This document shows positions 37,301 to 46,342 of a stretch of 64,000 bases of DNA, in pieces; the stretch's first letter is position 1, and every line of letters begins with the position of its first letter. The notes under the pieces are model-generated. The model saw nothing but the letters and a program-made list of their open reading frames with translations, made no database searches and was not told the origin of the DNA. Made by a program: the position numbers and the translations under genes. The DNA lies in the NCBI GenBank assembly GCA_963667725.2, contig CAXXHO010000003.1, forward strand, positions 64,001 to 128,000, in the 5' to 3' direction. The DNA is from Treponemataceae bacterium (lineage in GTDB: Bacteria > Spirochaetota > Spirochaetia > Treponematales > Rectinemataceae).

Positions 37301-38554
37301 GTGCCATTGGCTTTACACGACCGTGTCCTTCGTCGATTCGTCGCGGCGACTATCATGCTGTTCCTGGTTTTTGGAATTCTTGCCGATGGACCACGGTCAA
37401 GTTTGGAAGGTTTTCTGCGCCTTCAGGTCAGTCCCACCCGTCTCATGAGCGATTTCACCGCCATGGAAGGGACAGGCGCGGCCTTTGTCAACGCCGCTTG
37501 CGTCGGGTTGCTGGGGTTGCTTGTCCTTAGGTTGAACAGGATATCGCTTTCCGGACCTACCACGGCGGCGCTATTCACCATGATCGGCTTCGCGCTATTC
37601 GGGAAAACCCTGCTCAACTGTATTCCCATAATCATCGGCGTCAGCCTGGCCGCCCTCATCGTCGGGAAGCAGCCCAAAGAATATACCCTGATCGCGATGT
37701 TCGGAACGGCCTTGGGGCCCATCGTCAGCTATGTGGCCTTCGAGATGGGGCTTCCCCTCGCGTTCGCTCTCCCCGCATCGATGCTTATAGGCGTGATGAC
37801 GGGCATCCTGCTTCCCCCGCTAGCCCTTACCATGCTGCATCTCCATCAGGGATACAATCTCTATAACGTCGGGCTGACGGCCGGCTTCATCGGGCTTTTT
37901 GCCGCGTCCATACCGAACGCCGGCGGCCGCGACATTTCGACGATCGCGGAGTGGGGCCTGACTGCCGATCCATGGCTGATACTCATCGTACCTATCCTGA
38001 GCGTTTTCGCCATCGCGGCGGCCTTCGTATGCTGCGGCGGCAAGGCCTGGAAGGAATTCCTGGCCATCCAGAAGCTGCCCGGGCGCCTGCCCTCAGATTT
38101 CTGCGACCTGGAAGGACCGGGAGGAGCCCTGCTGAACGCCGGCATTCTCGGCCTCATGTACAGCGCTTACATAGCCATCATCGGCGCCCCCTTCAATGGT
38201 CCCGTCATCGGCGGGCTCATGACGGTGGTGGGCTTCGGCTTTTTCGGTAAAAATCCCAGGAATGTCTATCCCGTCTTTATCGGCCTTCTTCTCGCGGCCT
38301 TGCTGTTCGGCAAGAACTTAACCGAATCCTGGGTCGTGCTGGCCTTTCTCTTCGGGACGGCGCTGGCGCCTCTCGCGGGAGAATTCGGCCTATTCGTGGG
38401 CATCGCGGCAGGCTTCCTTCATCTTGTGATTGTGGAGCGTTCGGGTACCTGGCATGGCGGCATGAACCTCTACAACAATGGATTCGCGGGCGGCCTCACG
38501 GCCACGTTGATTGTCGCTGTCATCGAGTGGTACAAGACCAATGTCCAGCGATAA
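37301..38554 (+). CDS. DUF1576-type polytopic membrane protein
   Basis: Internally duplicated halves: RL.SDF, GF(A/G)(L/F)FGK, FGTAL(G/A)P, H.G.NLYN.G. Confidence 0.7.
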   Translation: MPLALHDRVLRRFVAATIMLFLVFGILADGPRSSLEGFLRLQVSPTRLMSDFTAMEGTGAAFVNAACVGLLGLLVLRLNRISLSGPTTAALFTMIGFALFGKTLLNCIPIIIGVSLAALIVGKQPKEYTLIAMFGTALGPIVSYVAFEMGLPLAFALPASMLIGVMTGILLPPLALTMLHLHQGYNLYNVGLTAGFIGLFAASIPNAGGRDISTIAEWGLTADPWLILIVPILSVFAIAAAFVCCGGKAWKEFLAIQKLPGRLPSDFCDLEGPGGALLNAGILGLMYSAYIAIIGAPFNGPVIGGLMTVVGFGFFGKNPRNVYPVFIGLLLAALLFGKNLTESWVVLAFLFGTALAPLAGEFGLFVGIAAGFLHLVIVERSGTWHGGMNLYNNGFAGGLTATLIVAVIEWYKTNVQR

Positions 38555-38578
38555 AGCGCTTATAAAAGGAAAAGAACA

Positions 38579-38986
38579 GTGAAGCGGAGAGATTTTCTCG
38601 TGCATCTCATCAGCGAAGTGTCGAGCTTCATCCTCCAGGAACAGCCGCGCAAGATGGTCATTTCCCTGCATCAGGAAACCGACGGCATCCATCTCGCGGT
38701 GATAGACGACAGGCAGCGCAGCGACGCGGAAGTCAAGGAAATCGAACGTTCGCTCAACGCCGCTAAAAGGCCGGAACTGGCCGGCTACTATGGGGAGATG
38801 GCGGGCCACGACCTTCTCGGCAGCGCCCGCCTCAATCTTGTCGGCTGGCAGATAAAGCACGCCGACGTGATGAAAACGCCCGAAGGCGGGATCATGCTCA
38901 ACATGTGGATCGGGGGCGAGGGATTCGAATACAAGAAGTTCACGCTGGATTCCGGAAAGGCTGACGGGGGCGGAAAAGGGAAATGA
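38579..38986 (+). CDS. hypothetical soluble protein, likely co-transcribed with the DUF1576 gene
   Basis: 135 aa ORF 24 bp downstream of it with host-like codon usage. Confidence 0.65.
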   Translation: MKRRDFLVHLISEVSSFILQEQPRKMVISLHQETDGIHLAVIDDRQRSDAEVKEIERSLNAAKRPELAGYYGEMAGHDLLGSARLNLVGWQIKHADVMKTPEGGIMLNMWIGGEGFEYKKFTLDSGKADGGGKGK

Positions 38987-39029
38987 CGGCGGTGTTGCCT
39001 GCCCGCGGCTAAGTCATTATAGTCAATGC

Positions 39030-40514
39030 ATGGCTGCGAGCATTTTATGGTACGATCTGGAGACCTTCGGCATCGATCCCCGACATGACAGGATAGCGCA
39101 GTTCGCGTGCATCCGAACGGATGAAAACCTCGAGGAAATCGATGAGCCGGTAAAGCTTTACTGCAAGCCATCCCTCGATTACCTGCCTTCTCCGGCGGCG
39201 TGCAAGGTCCACGGCATCACGCCGCAGACTGCTTTCGAACTTGGGTTGAACGAGTACGATCTGTCGCTTCGCCTTCTGGATGAATTTTCCCGTCCGGGCA
39301 CGACGGTGGCGGGCTACAATTCCATCAATTTCGACGATGAATTCATCAGATTCCTCTTCTACAGAAATCTTCTCGACCCTTACGCGCGCGAGTACGCGAA
39401 CGGGAATTCCCGCTGGGACATCATCAACCTGGCGAGGGCCGCCCACGACCTCCGTCCCGACGGCATCGTCTGGCCCAAGGATAAGGACGGAACGCCCCTC
39501 TTCAAGCTGGAGGTGCTGGCTAAGGCCAACGGACTAGTCCACACTTCGGCGCACGACGCGTTGAGCGATATCCGCGCGACGATTTCGCTCGCCAAGCTCG
39601 TCAGGACGAAACAGGAAAAGCTCTATGCCTGGTATTTCTCGCACCGCAGGCGGGAGAGCCTGAAACCGCTCATAAATCTGCCCGCGCGCAGGATGCTTCT
39701 CCATACGTCGGCTGAATATACCTCCGTGAGGGGCTGCACGACGCTGGTGGCCCCGGTGGGCATCGATCCGGCCAACAGGAATCAGGTCATCGCCATTGAT
39801 CTGCGCTTCGATCCCAGCGAACTGGTTTCCCTTTCCGTGGAGGCAATCAGGCAACGCGTCTTCGCGAAAGCGAGCGAGCGCACAGAACCCAGAATTCCTC
39901 TTTCGAGGATCCTCCTCAATCATTGTCCCTTCCTGGCTCCCTCAGGCACGCTTTCAAAGGAAGCGGGCGAAAGCCTGGGGCTGGACAAGGACCTATGCGG
40001 GAAGCGACTCGCCTTCATCAATGACAATCCGGGGCTCGTTCAGAAGCTCACCGCCGTATTCGACGAACCCATGCCCTCTCCCGCCACCGACGATCCTGAC
40101 GTCTGCCTCTATTCGGGCGGCTTCATGCCCAACGTCGACAGGGAAAAGTTGACCAAATTCCATATGATGCTGGCGGTCAAGCGGATCACGCCCGATGGCC
40201 TGAAGGCCGCCAAATCGTCGCTGCTGAAGATGAAGTTCGTCGACGACAGGATACCCCGTCTCGCCCATAGGCTTTTCGCGAGGAATTTTCCCGAAACCTT
40301 GGGCGACGCCGAACGTTTGAAATGGCGAGACTTCTGCGCCGGCAGGATTCAGCTTCCCGCGAGGGAGGGAACGGTGGAACTTGCCGACTATGCCAGGCTC
40401 GTGGAGACCGAGCTGGCGGATCCGGAGCTTTCAGCGCCGAAGCGGGCTATCATCCATGCCCTCCTCGAATGGAAAAAGCATATCGAGGAAGAGGTTCTCT
40501 CCTGGGGGGGCTGA
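39030..40514 (+). CDS. sbcB: exodeoxyribonuclease I
   Basis: WYDLETFG..DRIAQFACIRTD, GYNSINFDDEF, NSRWD, AHDALSDI, LYSGGF. Confidence 0.9.
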   Translation: MAASILWYDLETFGIDPRHDRIAQFACIRTDENLEEIDEPVKLYCKPSLDYLPSPAACKVHGITPQTAFELGLNEYDLSLRLLDEFSRPGTTVAGYNSINFDDEFIRFLFYRNLLDPYAREYANGNSRWDIINLARAAHDLRPDGIVWPKDKDGTPLFKLEVLAKANGLVHTSAHDALSDIRATISLAKLVRTKQEKLYAWYFSHRRRESLKPLINLPARRMLLHTSAEYTSVRGCTTLVAPVGIDPANRNQVIAIDLRFDPSELVSLSVEAIRQRVFAKASERTEPRIPLSRILLNHCPFLAPSGTLSKEAGESLGLDKDLCGKRLAFINDNPGLVQKLTAVFDEPMPSPATDDPDVCLYSGGFMPNVDREKLTKFHMMLAVKRITPDGLKAAKSSLLKMKFVDDRIPRLAHRLFARNFPETLGDAERLKWRDFCAGRIQLPAREGTVELADYARLVETELADPELSAPKRAIIHALLEWKKHIEEEVLSWGG

Positions 40515-40596
40515 AAGCGGGAAATCGGCTTCAGCCATATGGTTTTCCGAATTATTGCGCTATTGTTATCGTGGGGTTTTATGCCCCAGGCGGTAT

Positions 40597-41109
40597 ATGA
40601 TGAAGAAACGAGGATTTTCGTTCAGCCTTGCGCTGATTTTATGCTTCTCTCTCGGAGGACTGACGCTTCATGCCGAGGCAGGAGCGGCGGCCCCCGGCGT
40701 GAAGCCCGCCCCCGTAGCCATGACAGTCCAGGTGACCAGAAGCCAGATTCGGGAGTCGCCCTCCGTCATTGCCCCCATACTGGCGACCATCGTCTACAGG
40801 AATAAAGTCGTCATGTACGAGAACAAGGACGGCTGGGCTAAGGTTCAGGTGCCCGGCTCCACGAGGTACGGCTATATGTTCATGTCCGCGCTCACGGAAA
40901 AGACGATAAGCTCGACCGATGCGGGAAGGGCCACATCCGGCATCACCGGCAGCGAAATCGCCCTTGCCGGCAAGGGGTTCAGCGAATCGGTGGAAGAGTC
41001 TTACCGCAAGAGTTCGGGCGCGGATTATTCCTGGGTAGATGCCATGGAAGGGTACGCGTATTCCCCCGAAACCGTGGTCGGCTTTCTGGCGGGCGCGCCG
41101 CAGCGGTGA
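40597..41109 (+). CDS. secreted bacterial SH3-domain protein
   Basis: Signal peptide; IRESPS..DGWAKV..GYM SH3b pattern; C-terminal EIALAGKGFSESVE. Confidence 0.75.
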   Translation: MMKKRGFSFSLALILCFSLGGLTLHAEAGAAAPGVKPAPVAMTVQVTRSQIRESPSVIAPILATIVYRNKVVMYENKDGWAKVQVPGSTRYGYMFMSALTEKTISSTDAGRATSGITGSEIALAGKGFSESVEESYRKSSGADYSWVDAMEGYAYSPETVVGFLAGAPQR

Positions 41110-42116
41110 GGTTCATGAAAAGAAGGCCCTGTTCGCTTTTTCCTCATCTCGCGGCAAGCGCCCTGGCTTTCTTGTGCGTTCTATCCTTTAGTTCCTGCCT
41201 GACCCTGGCGGACAGCATGGATCTGCTGGCCTCCCAGGCCGTCAGCCAGGGGCTTTTGAATAATTATCAGGCCACCATGCTCAAGGTGGCGGCTAAAGCC
41301 GCCGCCGAAGCCTCCCGTCGGCTCAGTCCCGAAGAAGAGTACTTTGTGGGAAGGGCCGTGGCGGCCAGCATTTTTTCGACCTATCGTCCCTATGACTGTT
41401 ACGAGCTCAACGCTTATCTCAATAAGCTGGGACAGGGACTTGCCCTGTATTCGTCGCGGCCGGAGATTTACGCCGGGTATCGCTTCATCGTTCTGGACAG
41501 CGGGGAAATCAACGCCTTCGCCTCGCCCGGCGGGCACATCCTCGTAACGAGGGGTCTGCTCGGGAAGGTCCAGAGCGAGGATGAGCTGGCGGCTGTCCTG
41601 GCCCACGAGATCGCCCATATTTCGCTGGGGCACGGCTTGGCGTCGGTACAGGGCGCCAGGATTACGCAGATCGCTTCGGAGTTCGCGATAAGCGCCGGCC
41701 ATGCCTCGGGTGGGGATATCGCGGCATTCACGTCGGCTTTCGGCGATTCCATTTCCGAATTGGCCAAAACCATCGTCATTTCCGGGTATTCGCAGACCTA
41801 TGAATTCCAGGCCGATATCGAGGCCAGGAACATCATTGTCGCGGCCGGATACGATCCGAACGCGTTGTCGCGCCTCATCGGGCATCTGCCCGGACGAGGG
41901 GGCGGGAATGCAGCGGGGTTCGCCGTCACTCATCCTGAACCGCTGTCCCGGCAGGAGGCGCTGCGCGATTCGCCGCTCGAGCCGGGCAAGGCCGCCGCCG
42001 CGAAAAGAGCATGGCCTGTTCCCAGGGAAGAGGATGAAAGCATGAGAGCGGTGAATCTCGTCCGCGCTTCATTCGTGCGCGCCGAACGCTTCGAGACGCT
42101 GAGGGGTTTTTTCTGA
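41106..42116 (+). CDS. M48 family metallopeptidase, lipoprotein
   Basis: SFSSC lipobox, INAFASPGG, EDELAAVLAHEIAH, EFQAD, THP. Confidence 0.9.
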   Translation: MRFMKRRPCSLFPHLAASALAFLCVLSFSSCLTLADSMDLLASQAVSQGLLNNYQATMLKVAAKAAAEASRRLSPEEEYFVGRAVAASIFSTYRPYDCYELNAYLNKLGQGLALYSSRPEIYAGYRFIVLDSGEINAFASPGGHILVTRGLLGKVQSEDELAAVLAHEIAHISLGHGLASVQGARITQIASEFAISAGHASGGDIAAFTSAFGDSISELAKTIVISGYSQTYEFQADIEARNIIVAAGYDPNALSRLIGHLPGRGGGNAAGFAVTHPEPLSRQEALRDSPLEPGKAAAAKRAWPVPREEDESMRAVNLVRASFVRAERFETLRGFF

Positions 42117-42193
42117 AAAGCGATAGCTCCGGGGGCAACGCGGGCCAACGTTCCCCCGCCGAGCGCGGCAGTCTTCCCGAAACCAGGCATGAG

Positions 42194-44149
42194 ATGCCCA
42201 GGCGGCTGCGCTTCATTCTGGCGGCTCTCGCGGGGCTGGTTTTTTCGGCGCTGCTTCTGCTCTCCGGCGCCGTCGAGGGAATCGATCAGACGCTTTACGA
42301 CATGACGGCGCGCGAGAGCGCGAGGATCGACCGCCGCGGGGAAGGGAAGGAAAAGCTCGGGAACGGCGGGGACTCCGGGCGCTTCGCTCCGGACGACGGC
42401 GCGGTGGAACTCATCTATATCGACCAATACAGTCTTGGCTGGGTGGAAGAAAACCTGGGGATAGCCTGGCCATGGCCCAGGGAGCTTTACGGCGTCATCG
42501 CGGCCTTCTGCTCGCAGGCGAAGGCTCAGGCTTTCGATATCATTTTCAGCGAGACATCGAATTTCGGTCCCGGCGATGATCTGCGCTGCGCCGCGGCCAT
42601 GGATGAGGCGGGCAACGTCGTCATCGCGGAGGCTCTCGATTCGCGCGGCGGGGGAAGCTTGAGGCCTCTGCCGACCGCCAAAGTGGATTTCGGCCGCGTG
42701 AAGGGGATTGTGGACAGCGATGGCGTCCTGCGCCGATATGACGTCGGGGCTGTTGAGGCTAGCGGCGGCGAGGGTGAGGCTAGCGGCGTCGAGGGTGAGG
42801 CTAGCGGCGTCGAGGGTGAGGCTAGCGGCGCTAGAAGCGGCGCTGGCGGGCGGGGCGCGGCTTCGCTCGGGCTCGCCATTCTGGCCAAGGGCGGCGATGT
42901 CCCGGCCAAGCTTCCTTCCGGCGATGTCTATCTGCGTTTCGGGGGCGCTTCGCCAACCCTGCCGGCGCGCAACGCGGCGGAAATACTCGCGAGCGCCATG
43001 AGTCTTCGGGAAGGACGCGAGCCGCAGGTTAACCCTGATGAATACGCGGGGAAATACGTTTTTATCGGCTTCTCGGCGCCGGGGCTCCTGGACAGGCAGG
43101 CCGTGCCGACGGATCAAGCGATGCCCGGCGCCGAGATTCACGCCACTTTCGTCGACAACGCGTTGCGGGGTCGGCTCCTCGGCACCCTGCCCGCGGCTAT
43201 AGAGCTGCTGCTTGTCTGCCTTTTCGCCCTGGGCGCCGCCTGGGCTTCCAATTACCTCAAAAAGCCCGCCTTCCTCACCGGCGGCGCTGCTCTTTTCGTC
43301 TTCCTTCCCGCGGCTTCAGGATTTGCCCTGTACAGAGCCGGCTATGTCGCCTCGGCGGGACTCGAGCTCTCCGCAGGGGCCTTTTCCTATGCGGCGGGGA
43401 TCATTCTTTCCTATGTCTCGGAGGGCAGGAACAAGGCCTTCCTGCGCCGCAGCTTTTCCCAGTACCTGGCTCCCTCCGTCATAGAAGCGCTCCTGCGGAA
43501 TCCGGGGCTTCTCAAGCTCGGGGGCGAGGAACGCACCCTGAGCGTGTTTTTTTCCGACATTCAGGGCTTCACCGCCTTGTCGGAGTCCATGAAGCCGGAG
43601 AAACTCGCCGCGTTCATGAACAGCTATCTCGCGATCGTCACGGGCGAAATTCTCGCGGAGGGTGGAACGGTGGACAAGTACGTCGGCGACGCTGTCGTCG
43701 CTTTCTGGAACGCCCCCCTGGACCAAGATGACCATGCCCTCAGGGCAGTCAGGGCCGCGCTCCGCTGCCAGAAAGCCCTGGGCGACGCTCGGGAAGTTTT
43801 CGCGGCCCTTGGCGTTCAGGTTCCCGTGACGCGGATCGGGATACATACGGGTAAGGCCATCGTGGGCAACATGGGCTCGCCCTCGCGCTTTAATTACACG
43901 GCGTTGGGCGATGTTGTAAATACGGCCAGCAGGCTGGAAAGCGCGAACAAGGCGACGGGGACGAATATCCTGGTATCGGGTGACACCGCGGCAGCGGCGT
44001 CCGGCGGCAGCCTCGTGTTTCGTCGTCTGGGCGAGATTCTCGTCCATGGAAAGAAAATCCCGATAGAAGTCTGGGAACCGCGCGACGCGGGAGAAAAACC
44101 CGGCGAAGCATCGCCATGGAGCGGCGTCAAGGACTGCGGCGCTGTCTAG
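42194..44149 (+). CDS. CHASE2-domain class III adenylate/guanylate cyclase
   Basis: CHASE2 motifs WPWPRE, FDIIFSE, DSDGVLRR, PGAEIHAT; three TM helices; cyclase motifs FSDIQGFT, DKYVGD, RIGIHTG, YTALGDVVNTASRLE. Confidence 0.9.
   Translation: MPRRLRFILAALAGLVFSALLLLSGAVEGIDQTLYDMTARESARIDRRGEGKEKLGNGGDSGRFAPDDGAVELIYIDQYSLGWVEENLGIAWPWPRELYGVIAAFCSQAKAQAFDIIFSETSNFGPGDDLRCAAAMDEAGNVVIAEALDSRGGGSLRPLPTAKVDFGRVKGIVDSDGVLRRYDVGAVEASGGEGEASGVEGEASGVEGEASGARSGAGGRGAASLGLAILAKGGDVPAKLPSGDVYLRFGGASPTLPARNAAEILASAMSLREGREPQVNPDEYAGKYVFIGFSAPGLLDRQAVPTDQAMPGAEIHATFVDNALRGRLLGTLPAAIELLLVCLFALGAAWASNYLKKPAFLTGGAALFVFLPAASGFALYRAGYVASAGLELSAGAFSYAAGIILSYVSEGRNKAFLRRSFSQYLAPSVIEALLRNPGLLKLGGEERTLSVFFSDIQGFTALSESMKPEKLAAFMNSYLAIVTGEILAEGGTVDKYVGDAVVAFWNAPLDQDDHALRAVRAALRCQKALGDAREVFAALGVQVPVTRIGIHTGKAIVGNMGSPSRFNYTALGDVVNTASRLESANKATGTNILVSGDTAAAASGGSLVFRRLGEILVHGKKIPIEVWEPRDAGEKPGEASPWSGVKDCGAV
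42754..42830. repeat. 21 bp coding tandem repeat, about 3.7 copies
   Basis: TGAGGCTAGCGGCG(G/T)CGAGGG units at 42754, 42775 and 42796, plus a partial unit at 42817. Confidence 0.95.
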
Positions 44150-44206
44150 GCGAGCTTCGGCGCCGCAGCCTCGAACCGCGGCGCGGCATTCGGCGACGCC
44201 GAATGC

Positions 44207-44962
44207 CTAGATACCCAGGCCGGCCAGCAGGAGGAGCAGGGCTCCGGAAGCGGCTAACGCGATGTCCAAACGAGAAAAATTCCGCAGACTGATGGTCCTG
44301 TCTTCCGAATACCCCCGAAGTTCCATCGACCTGGCCGCGGCCAGGGCTCCCTTTATGCTCATGAAGACGAAGGTCTGAAGCATGGGCAGCATCCCCGCCA
44401 GCCTGTTTCGACGGATTCCATACCCACGGAGTTCGGCCGCTTCCTTCACTCTCCTGTAATTTTCAAACACTCGCGGCAAAAACAGGAGGGAGAGCGACAC
44501 CATCATGCCCGGATCGGAGAGGACGATGGACCTGCCTTCGTTTTTTCGGAAAAAACCGGCGATCCCGCGGGCCGCTGCGCTGAGATAATCCCCGAGTTCC
44601 GATGCCTTCGTGCTTACGTAATAGACGCGCGCGAAGACGAATACGGCGGCCAGCCTGGCCGCGTAGAGGCCTGAATCGGGAAGCGTTTCGACGGCGAAAA
44701 CGCGGCCGTCGCCCGGAAAGATGCCGCGCACGATGGCGGAGAACAGCGCGAGATAGCCTATAGCGGCGCCCGCTCTGCCCATCCCTTTAAAGGGAATGCG
44801 CATGGCGGGCATGAGGAGAAGGCCGCCGACGATGAGAAGGACGAGGGGAATCGGGCTAAAGCTCATGGCCGCCGTGGAGACGCATATGAGGAAGATGGCT
44901 TTGGATGCCGCCGAGAGGTTCGCGAGAGGGCTGTCCAGAGGTTCGAAGGCGAAAGGATTCAT
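44207..44962 (-). CDS. ECF transporter transmembrane T component (BioN-like)
   Basis: EAAELRG and SMELRGY motifs; ATGA overlap with the ATPase. Confidence 0.85.
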   Translation of the reverse strand: MNPFAFEPLDSPLANLSAASKAIFLICVSTAAMSFSPIPLVLLIVGGLLLMPAMRIPFKGMGRAGAAIGYLALFSAIVRGIFPGDGRVFAVETLPDSGLYAARLAAVFVFARVYYVSTKASELGDYLSAAARGIAGFFRKNEGRSIVLSDPGMMVSLSLLFLPRVFENYRRVKEAAELRGYGIRRNRLAGMLPMLQTFVFMSIKGALAAARSMELRGYSEDRTISLRNFSRLDIALAASGALLLLLAGLGI

Positions 44963-45708
44963 GGCTGGGGGTATGTCCAGGGGAAGTGGCCTTCGAAGGG
45001 GCAGGCGAGGCCGTGCGCGGCGAAAAGCTCGGGTGCGGCGGCTGAAGGTTTGCCGTCGAAACAAATCCCGCCCTTGTCGAGAATGATGAGCCTGTGGGCC
45101 AGGAAAAGAATCTTTTCCAGTTCATGCGTCACGATGATGAGGGTGATGCCGCTCTTTTCGAGCTCGCCGCAAATCCTGACGATATCGTTCACGGATTCCA
45201 GGTCCAGGTTGGCGAAGGGTTCGTCGAGAATGAGGCAGTCGGGCCTCATGGCCAGGACGCCGGCGATGGCCAGCCTGCGTTTTTCTCCTCCCGAAAGGGT
45301 TTCGGGCCGGCGTTCCTCAGCGCCCGACAATTTGGCCTCGGCCAGCGCTTCTTTCGTTCTTGTCATTATTTCGGAAGGGGAAAGCTTCAGGTTGGAGGGA
45401 CCGAAGGCGACGTCCTCGGCTACGGTCTGGCCCAGTATCTGGGAGTCAGTATCCTGGAACACGAAGCCTACCGAGCGGCGAAGGGCTTTGACATCGCCGC
45501 GCAGGTCGGCGCCGCGGAAGATGACCTTTCCCTTCGTCGGGGTCGAAATGCCCACGAGATGACGGGCCAGAAGGGTTTTTCCCGAGCCGTTCCTCCCGGC
45601 GATGACGATGAATTCGCCATCGTTTATCGAAAGATCTATGTTACTGAACGCTTCCGTCCCGTCGCGGAAGCTATGGGAGAGCCCCTCGACGCGAAAAAGC
45701 TCAGACAT
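44959..45708 (-). CDS. ECF transporter ATPase (BioM-like)
   Basis: GRNGSGKT, LSGGEKRR, LDEPFANLD. Confidence 0.9.
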   Translation of the reverse strand: MSELFRVEGLSHSFRDGTEAFSNIDLSINDGEFIVIAGRNGSGKTLLARHLVGISTPTKGKVIFRGADLRGDVKALRRSVGFVFQDTDSQILGQTVAEDVAFGPSNLKLSPSEIMTRTKEALAEAKLSGAEERRPETLSGGEKRRLAIAGVLAMRPDCLILDEPFANLDLESVNDIVRICGELEKSGITLIIVTHELEKILFLAHRLIILDKGGICFDGKPSAAAPELFAAHGLACPFEGHFPWTYPQP

Positions 45709-46264
45709 CGGCGTCGCGGCCCGTCAGGATTTCGATCCCGGCGAATAGTCTGGGAGCGAGGAGGGAAGCCAGCGCGATCTTGATGATGTCGCCCAGGATG
45801 AAGGGATAGAGCCCCGCCGCCAAGGCCTTTCCCCACTCGATGTCCAGGACTGACTTCAGCCAGACAATCCCGAAAGCGTACACGATGGTCATGCCGGTCA
45901 GGCAGGCGAAAATGTTGATCGGCACTTTGCGTTTTCCTTTTGTGGCGATGAAGCCCATGACGATGCTGGCCGGAATGTATCCGATAAGATAGCCGCCGGT
46001 GGGGCCGATCAGTTTCGCGATTCCGCCCGCGCCGCCAGAGAAGACAGGCAGCCCGAGAAGGCCGAAAAGCAGGTAGAGGACGGTCGCGAACAGGCCCCAC
46101 TTGGGACCCAGGATGAGGGCCGCCAACATGATGAACATATTCTGCAAGACTATAGGAACGGGGCTTCCGGGCACGGGCAGGGCTATGAAGGCCCCGATGG
46201 AAATCAGCGCCGCGAAAAGGCAGGACAGCACGGCGTTCGTCAGTTCGTTCGATTTGCGATTCAT
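45701..46264 (-). CDS. bioY: biotin transporter S component
   Basis: PVPIVLQ, GLLGLPVFSGG, GPTGGYLIGY, PFILGDIIK; start ATG 46264. Confidence 0.9.
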   Translation of the reverse strand: MNRKSNELTNAVLSCLFAALISIGAFIALPVPGSPVPIVLQNMFIMLAALILGPKWGLFATVLYLLFGLLGLPVFSGGAGGIAKLIGPTGGYLIGYIPASIVMGFIATKGKRKVPINIFACLTGMTIVYAFGIVWLKSVLDIEWGKALAAGLYPFILGDIIKIALASLLAPRLFAGIEILTGRDADV

Positions 46265-46342
46265 TGTTGGCGAACGTACCACCATGGAGAAAACGCGTCA
46301 AGCGGAGGAATGTTGTGGAAACCGGGGGCTCCATGGTAGCCT

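Noticed and set aside
41930..43141. 403 aa minus-strand ORF with AASLTLD repeats
   Set aside because: Antisense reading of the cyclase gene and its 21 bp repeat.
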